The position numbers and the translations under genes were made by a program. Shown here one piece after another: positions 58,013 through 64,000 of a stretch of 64,000 bases of DNA. Every line of letters begins with the position of its first letter. Within the stretch, counting starts at the first letter, position 1. Source of the stretch: Octopus vulgaris. Lineage: Eukaryota. A model generated the notes under the pieces. It ran no database searches and had not been told where the DNA came from. It saw nothing but the letters and a program-made list of their open reading frames with translations. The DNA lies in NCBI GenBank assembly GCA_951406725.2, contig OX597831.1:83266001-83330000 (forward strand), written 5' to 3'.

Positions 58013-58124
58013 CAACAACAATAATAATAATGAGAAGGAGGAGGAGGAGGAGGAGAAGAAGAAGAAGAAGAAGAAGAAGAAGAAGAAGAAGAAGAAGAAG
58101 AAGAAGAAGAAGAAGAAGAAGAAG
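57934..58124. repeat. Compound trinucleotide array (TAA)n(CAA)n(GAG)n(GAA)n
   Basis: Direct reading. Confidence 0.97.
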
Positions 58125-60224
58125 ACGTACTCCTTGTGCTAATTAACCAATTGATTTATAGACACAGTGGCGCGTCGAACTAAATAACTCACTCAGTGTT
58201 CATTATTATTATTGTTGTTGTTGATGTTGCTTAACAGCGTGTCAAACCTGACTGAACTGACCAAATGTTTCGACACCCATGACCACCCACACTTTTATGC
58301 ATTTTTAAGGTGGTACAGTGAGATTTGACTGTTATTTCATGTAGTTAGAGCAACCACATAGTGAACACCCTTAAATTTATGATTTGTCATTTGCTTGGCT
58401 TTGGCATTTAGTTACATTTTGTGCTCAATTCCAAACAATCTCTGTTCATCTTTATGGGACCGATTGAGCAATGGGTGGGGACAGCCGGTTCATTTGATTC
58501 TATGCTCGTCTCAGTTCATCGGTGACTGCGCGAAATCCAAGATTCAGCTGAGTTGGTCCGATACTCAGAAACCCCACGAGAATTTTATCGTTCCAGTCAA
58601 TCATTAAACAAAGATCTGACGTCCACCTGTTACATTTTTCGACTGACAGAGGGCAGTGAGCGCCTGACAATATTTCAGGTACCAAGCGCTCAGCTGAAGT
58701 TTCCGTTTGATCCAAGACTGCAGTTCCGTCAAAGATTGGTTGCCGAAAACGACAACAATTTCGGATAATAACAGCAATAATAATGCTAACAGGGATTACT
58801 AATAATGTTTGTTATAAGAACAGATGCCTAAGTGTTATGGTTCTTTCGCAAATATCAGCAGCCAGCAGTCAAAAGAGCAACAGCAGCAGTGGGAAAAGGC
58901 AGAGGAAGAAGAGCAAAGAGGAAAGGCAGAGTTGAAGCATCAGTCTCAATGACAATGACAACAACAACAACAACAACAACAACAATAACCACAACAAAAA
59001 CACCAACAACAAAAATCACGAATTTCCGGTCGGAAAAAGACTTATTTCAACTTGAGCTTTATATCCGCAAAGCTGGAGGAGAGGAAATAATTGTTCTGGG
59101 GGTGGGGAAAGATGCGACAGACTCTCATCGAAAAATTTAGGAAGCTGAAGAGAGAGTGGGGTGTTAAGTAGTTTAGCCAAGAAAGAACTTCCGTTTAAAG
59201 AGCGAATTATAAGCGATTTTTATGAATCTACTATCCATAACATAAAGAGAAATAATAAAAAGGAAGCCCAATGGACCGCTACCGCAATGAGGAACCAAAT
59301 AATTATATTTTCGTGGCTTGTGTTCGTTTCGATTTGGTGATGTAGGAGGAGGGGAGGAAGGGTTACATTTTGGACAGCTTAAATACGATGTTATTTGTCA
59401 GCTGTTGTCAGAACATGGGCCCTCATTTGATCACGACGCCTGTTCGGGATAAATTAAACAGGTTTGGCCGTGCTGGGACTGCCAGCAACCGAACCTGTCT
59501 GTGCAAGGGTAACAAAATCCTCCAGCTTGTGCATTTCTGATTTGTGAGTTTATATCGAAAAGTGGTTACCAAAAGCAGACCTGGTTACCAGGTGAGTGTA
59601 TTGTGATGATCGATTCACCACATTTCTTTGGCAAGAATCACTTTTCTTTGTCTGGTAACTGCGTCAAAGTTGTTGATAAATGAAGTTGAAAATATTGAAA
59701 ACAGAGATGTTACCTCCCTAGATCTGCCCTAATCAAATTCTTGAAGAACCGCTTGAAGAACTAAGTGAGTGTATGGTGTGCAGTGATGCTCTTTAGTAAA
59801 TTTAATGAAAGGTCGGTGAAGTAGTGAATTTGGTGGTGCTAAGCAGACCTTACAGAAAATATGTGGGTGTAAGAACTGGAAGAAAGGTTATGAGTGGGTG
59901 TATGTAAGTGTCCCCAATCACCTATATGATTTTCCCATCCCATTCTTTTAGGAGGGGGCGGTCTTATATGATATATATAGTTTTACTTTAAGATGCATCT
60001 TACGGGTGTTATGATATGTTTCTTGGGTACCAGGTTTCAGATCTTTCAAAATTAGACTCCCCCAACCAGCTGATCCAGCCGGGATTGATTAATTTCAGCT
60101 TGCATCCCAATATCAGCAAGCCACTTGTCTGCCCTCTTTATCCAAAGCCACCACCTAGTGGCCTTCTCTGCAGCTTCTGTGATGGGATTTATAGCCCTTC
60201 ACCTGTGGACTAAGCCCCCATACT

Positions 60225-60322
<98 letters not shown>

Positions 60323-60373
60323 CGCAGTCAAATAACTGAAACAAGTAAAAGAAAGAGAAAGAGAAAGAAAAAG

Positions 60374-60406
<33 letters not shown>

Positions 60407-60567
60407 CGTAGTGTGAAATTAATTATATTTTTTTAATAATTTTGTTATATATTTAAATAACATAAATTAAATAATAATATGTATTGGCTTAAGTTCTTCA
60501 TTGTTTGATTTGCCTAATAGTGGTTTTGTCTCTAATTTAATATAATATATATATATATATATATATA

Positions 60568-61874
60568 TAATATAATAATAAGAGTAAATAATTTCTATAA
60601 AGGCTTTTAAAAAAACCCCAATTATTTACTGGTAGAATTCGGTATGTAAATATAGCCGATTACCGGCAGGAACTTCTGTAAAGTTCAGTATATATATTGT
60701 ATATAAGAAAAAGGGACAGGCAAAACAGGTTGCTTGACCGCATACCGAAAAAATAGAAATAGCAGTCAAGAATGCTTATTTCTATCAAAGTTGGACTCCG
60801 GGCATGACAGACCCTGTAATTCACATATGCAAAACAGAAGGAATAGATAACGAATACGAAGTCTGGCGGTTATCTGTGAACATCATGTTTCTGGATTATA
60901 AACATATTGAATATATATTCCATATATATTTTTGATATATATTTCATATACATTGCATATATATTTCACATCCTTCTTCAGCACAGCTTTCCATTGAAAA
61001 AGATTTATCATAGATTTATCAAATGCTACGTACCTCAAACCTTCTGACCATGCGACATCAAAATATTTGAAGAAAGTGAGCAAAAGCTAAACCTACATAG
61101 ACGTTTGAATTCATAAATCTTCCCTCCAAAATTTTGCCATGCGCATTACAAAAATAGTTCCATAAGATGGGGAACAATTAGGTTGTCAAAGGGAGTGAAA
61201 AATCCAAATAGTAATATAATAATAAGAGTAAATAATTTCTATAAAGGCTTTTAAAAAAACCCCAATTATTTACTGGTAGAATTTACTGGTAGGTTTGAGG
61301 TACGTAGCATTTGATAAATCTATGATAAATCTTTTTCAATGGAAAGCTGTGCTGAAGAAGGATGTGAAATATATATGCAATGTATATGAAATATATATCA
61401 AAAATATATATGGAATATATATTCAATATGTTTATAATCCAGAAACATGATGTTCACAGATAACCGCCAGACTTCGTATTCGTTATCTATTCCTTCTGTT
61501 TTGCATATGTGAATTACAGGGTCTGTCATGCCCGGAGTCCAACTTTGATAGAAATAAGCATTCTTGACTGCTATTTCTATTTTTTCGGTATGCGGTCAAG
61601 CAACCTGTTTTGCCTGTCCCTTTTTCTTATATACAATATATATACTGAACTTTACAGAAGTTCCTGCCGGTAATCGGCTATATTTACATACCGAATTCTA
61701 CCAGTAAATAATTGGGGTTTTTTTAAAAGCCTTTATAGAAATTATTTACTCTTATTATTATATTACTATTTGGATTTTTCACTCCCTTTGACAACCTAAT
61801 TGTTCCCCATCTTATGGAACTATTTTTGTAATGCGCATGGCAAAATTTTGGAGGGAAGATTTATGAATTCAAAC

Positions 61875-61876
<2 letters not shown>
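60568..61876. mobile_element. 644-bp unit with terminal direct repeat plus a 586-bp inverted, permuted copy, within (TA)n
   Basis: 60568-60639 repeats at 61212-61283; 61291-61765 is the reverse complement of 60568-61042; 61766-61876 is the reverse complement of 61101-61211. Confidence 0.9.
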
Positions 61877-61925
<49 letters not shown>

Positions 61926-63880
61926 GTGTGTGTATGTATTCTTTTATGCGTTTCACCCTAAAGGCTGCGGCCATGTTGGGGCACCACCAGTATTATCACC
62001 TTTTCATACATACATAAACGAAATCGTTATATTTATTAATAGAGAGAGAAAGAGAACGAGAGAGAGAGAGAGAAAGAGAACGAGAGAGAGAGAGAGAGAA
62101 AGAGAACGAGAGAGAGAGAGAGAAAGAGAGAGTGTGTGTGTCTGTTCGCTTCATTTCATCTTTTTTTCTTCTTATTTGTAACTCAGCTGCCAGACTGTTT
62201 ACAGATGGTGTTCTCTTGTCGCCGTCTGACTGGCTGACCAGCATTGTAGTATGAACCATGTACTTACACAATCTTTCTCCATCTACCGTTTGTCGTTGTT
62301 ATTTGTGACGACTACCAATGAAGATGTGCATGGAAGCACAACGACAAATCGGTATTCGTTGTTGTATCCAACCGATAACAGCATTTACTGATATTGCAGT
62401 TTAATTCAAGCCTGACTAATGAAACCAAATACCAGGTGAAACGAACATTCAAAGGAAACAAATTCAAGTTTAAGTTACTAATTAAAGGAAGACCCTGTCA
62501 GCGCTCTCTCTGCATTCTTTTACTAGTTTTAATTAGCGAACTGTGGCCATGCTGGTCCACCGACAGGTCTTTTAAGCGATCATCTGATGGAAGAGGAAAA
62601 TTTCACTGCAGTTTCCACATATAGGGTATGACTATTTCTACATGTTCGATTCGGGACTATTTGAAGAGTCATTACGGCACCACATTCTCAGAACCTCGCT
62701 GTAAGACAAGAACCGATGCAAATTTTCGACAAACAGTTTCGTACATTAAATATAACCAACTACAACAACCACAATAACAACAACTGATTCGATTTTTATG
62801 TTCCAATCCACAAAATTTTCTGTTTGAGAACCACCACCTCCTTCCCTGCAAAACGAAAAGTAGGCCTCTCCCGTGATCTGAAATACTCAACAGATTTCTT
62901 TCAACAATCTTGGAGAAAACAGTTTTTGTCTTCAGAAAATATTCCTTCTTTAGCTGATCCGATATCGAAAGTGAATCATTTTAATTTTTTCTGATCTGAG
63001 CTATCCATCAAAAGGTCAGTGTCCTTGAGTTCAAAATTAGATTAGTCGAAAGCCCAACAACTCTCCTGGCCTCTCACGAAGGACCAGGTTAACCAAGCAC
63101 CGAGGAAACCGAGGAAATATTCCGCAAATTTTTAGTGTTCTCATTGCTTACAGCAAACGCCCATTTTCAGCATAATATAGCTGTTTTGATCACAGACATA
63201 ATGCAGTGCCCCCAATGTCCTTGTTAAGTGTGTGCTGCACTACCACACCAACAAGTTATTGTTTTGTTCAGTTGGGTAATATCTAATTAATGAAGGCAAA
63301 GATCAACTTCTCTCTGCATTATTTCAATCATAAACGATGAGTGAAGTAAGTTACGACAAATATGGTTTCAAAAATAGATGCAGTTTTAGAGAAAATATCA
63401 CAAGATATTCGGAAAAAAAGAAAGCGTTCAAGAATTTGAATTTATATTCTGTGTTTAGTCCGCTGTGTACTTTCTGTTATGGAAGTAATGTTGGAGTGTT
63501 TGACATTCTAATGTTGGAGCGTTTGATATTCTTGTAGGGGTCTGTTTGTATCTGATGGTGAAGTAGAGATGTCCCTGATGACGAAGTTGAGGCCTGGTGT
63601 TCAAGATGTTTTGCCTGAAGTCATGATCTGGAGTGTCTGTTGGTAGAGATGCTGTATCTAAGGCCTCAGAAGTTCAGAGGTCAAGTAACGGACGTTGGCT
63701 GCAAATTGGTTGTTCGGTAGATTTGTGGTATGTGCTCTGGTACTCTGCACTGAGTTCAAGTGCCACCGAGGCTAGCTTTCCTTTCATCCACTGGGGGTCG
63801 ATATAACACCAGCGCAGTACTGGGATCAATTTTCCACTTTCCATCTCTCTTTCTCTCATTCTCTCCCTCTCTTTCTCTTT

Positions 63881-64000
63881 AGGAGTGGCTATGTGGTAAG
63901 TAGCTGGCTTGCCAACCACACAGTTCCAGTTTCAGTGCCACTGCGTGGCACTTCGGGCAAGTGTCTGCTACTATAGCTTCGGGCCGACCAAAGCCTTGTA
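63881..64000 (+). mobile_element. tRNA-derived SINE family B (5' half, runs off window)
   Basis: AGGAGTGGCTATGTGGTAAG A-box, degenerate B-box, GGGCAAGTGTC...GGGCCGACCAAAGCC body. Related copies at 14345-14465, 15890-15985, 18665-18808(-) and 46755-46890(-). Confidence 0.85.

Noticed and set aside
60629-60670. Hammerhead ribozyme in the 644-bp unit
   Set aside because: A hairpin is present but the CUGANGA and GAAA boxes are not; reported only as a hairpin.
62268-62390. Minus-strand coding exon ending at GT|GTAAGTAC
   Set aside because: All three frames contain stops; no support beyond the donor motif.
62690-63300. Possible Tc1-like transposase remnant (minus)
   Set aside because: Only vague GGG- and FSE-like traces; too degraded to call.

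Overview
AT-rich, microsatellite-saturated animal DNA with no recognisable host protein-coding gene. The repeat families and (CA)n/(TA)n/(TATC)n/(TAA)n density resemble an octopus-type cephalopod genome (inference). The window is a nested landscape of mobile elements: a 5'-truncated Tx1/L1-type LINE plus a second 3' fragment, an RTE/BovB-like LINE, a CR1-like LINE, an R4/Dong-type element with tandemly amplified 3' ends, Penelope-like remnants with hammerhead-ribozyme-like motifs, two non-autonomous Helitrons, hAT- and Tc1/mariner-type MITEs, a mariner remnant and several tRNA-derived SINE families. Most ORF-track entries are microsatellite artefacts. The most notable signals are: (1) a 2.0-kb TSD-bounded retroelement encoding only an ORF1/gag-like zinc-knuckle protein, whose 3' stem-loop tail resembles that of the Tx1 LINE and of a tail-swapped SINE, suggesting a three-member LINE/half-LINE/SINE system; and (2) a young 644-bp non-coding unit present as a direct repeat plus a circularly permuted inverted copy. 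All alignments were done by eye, so boundaries are approximate unless TSD-defined.
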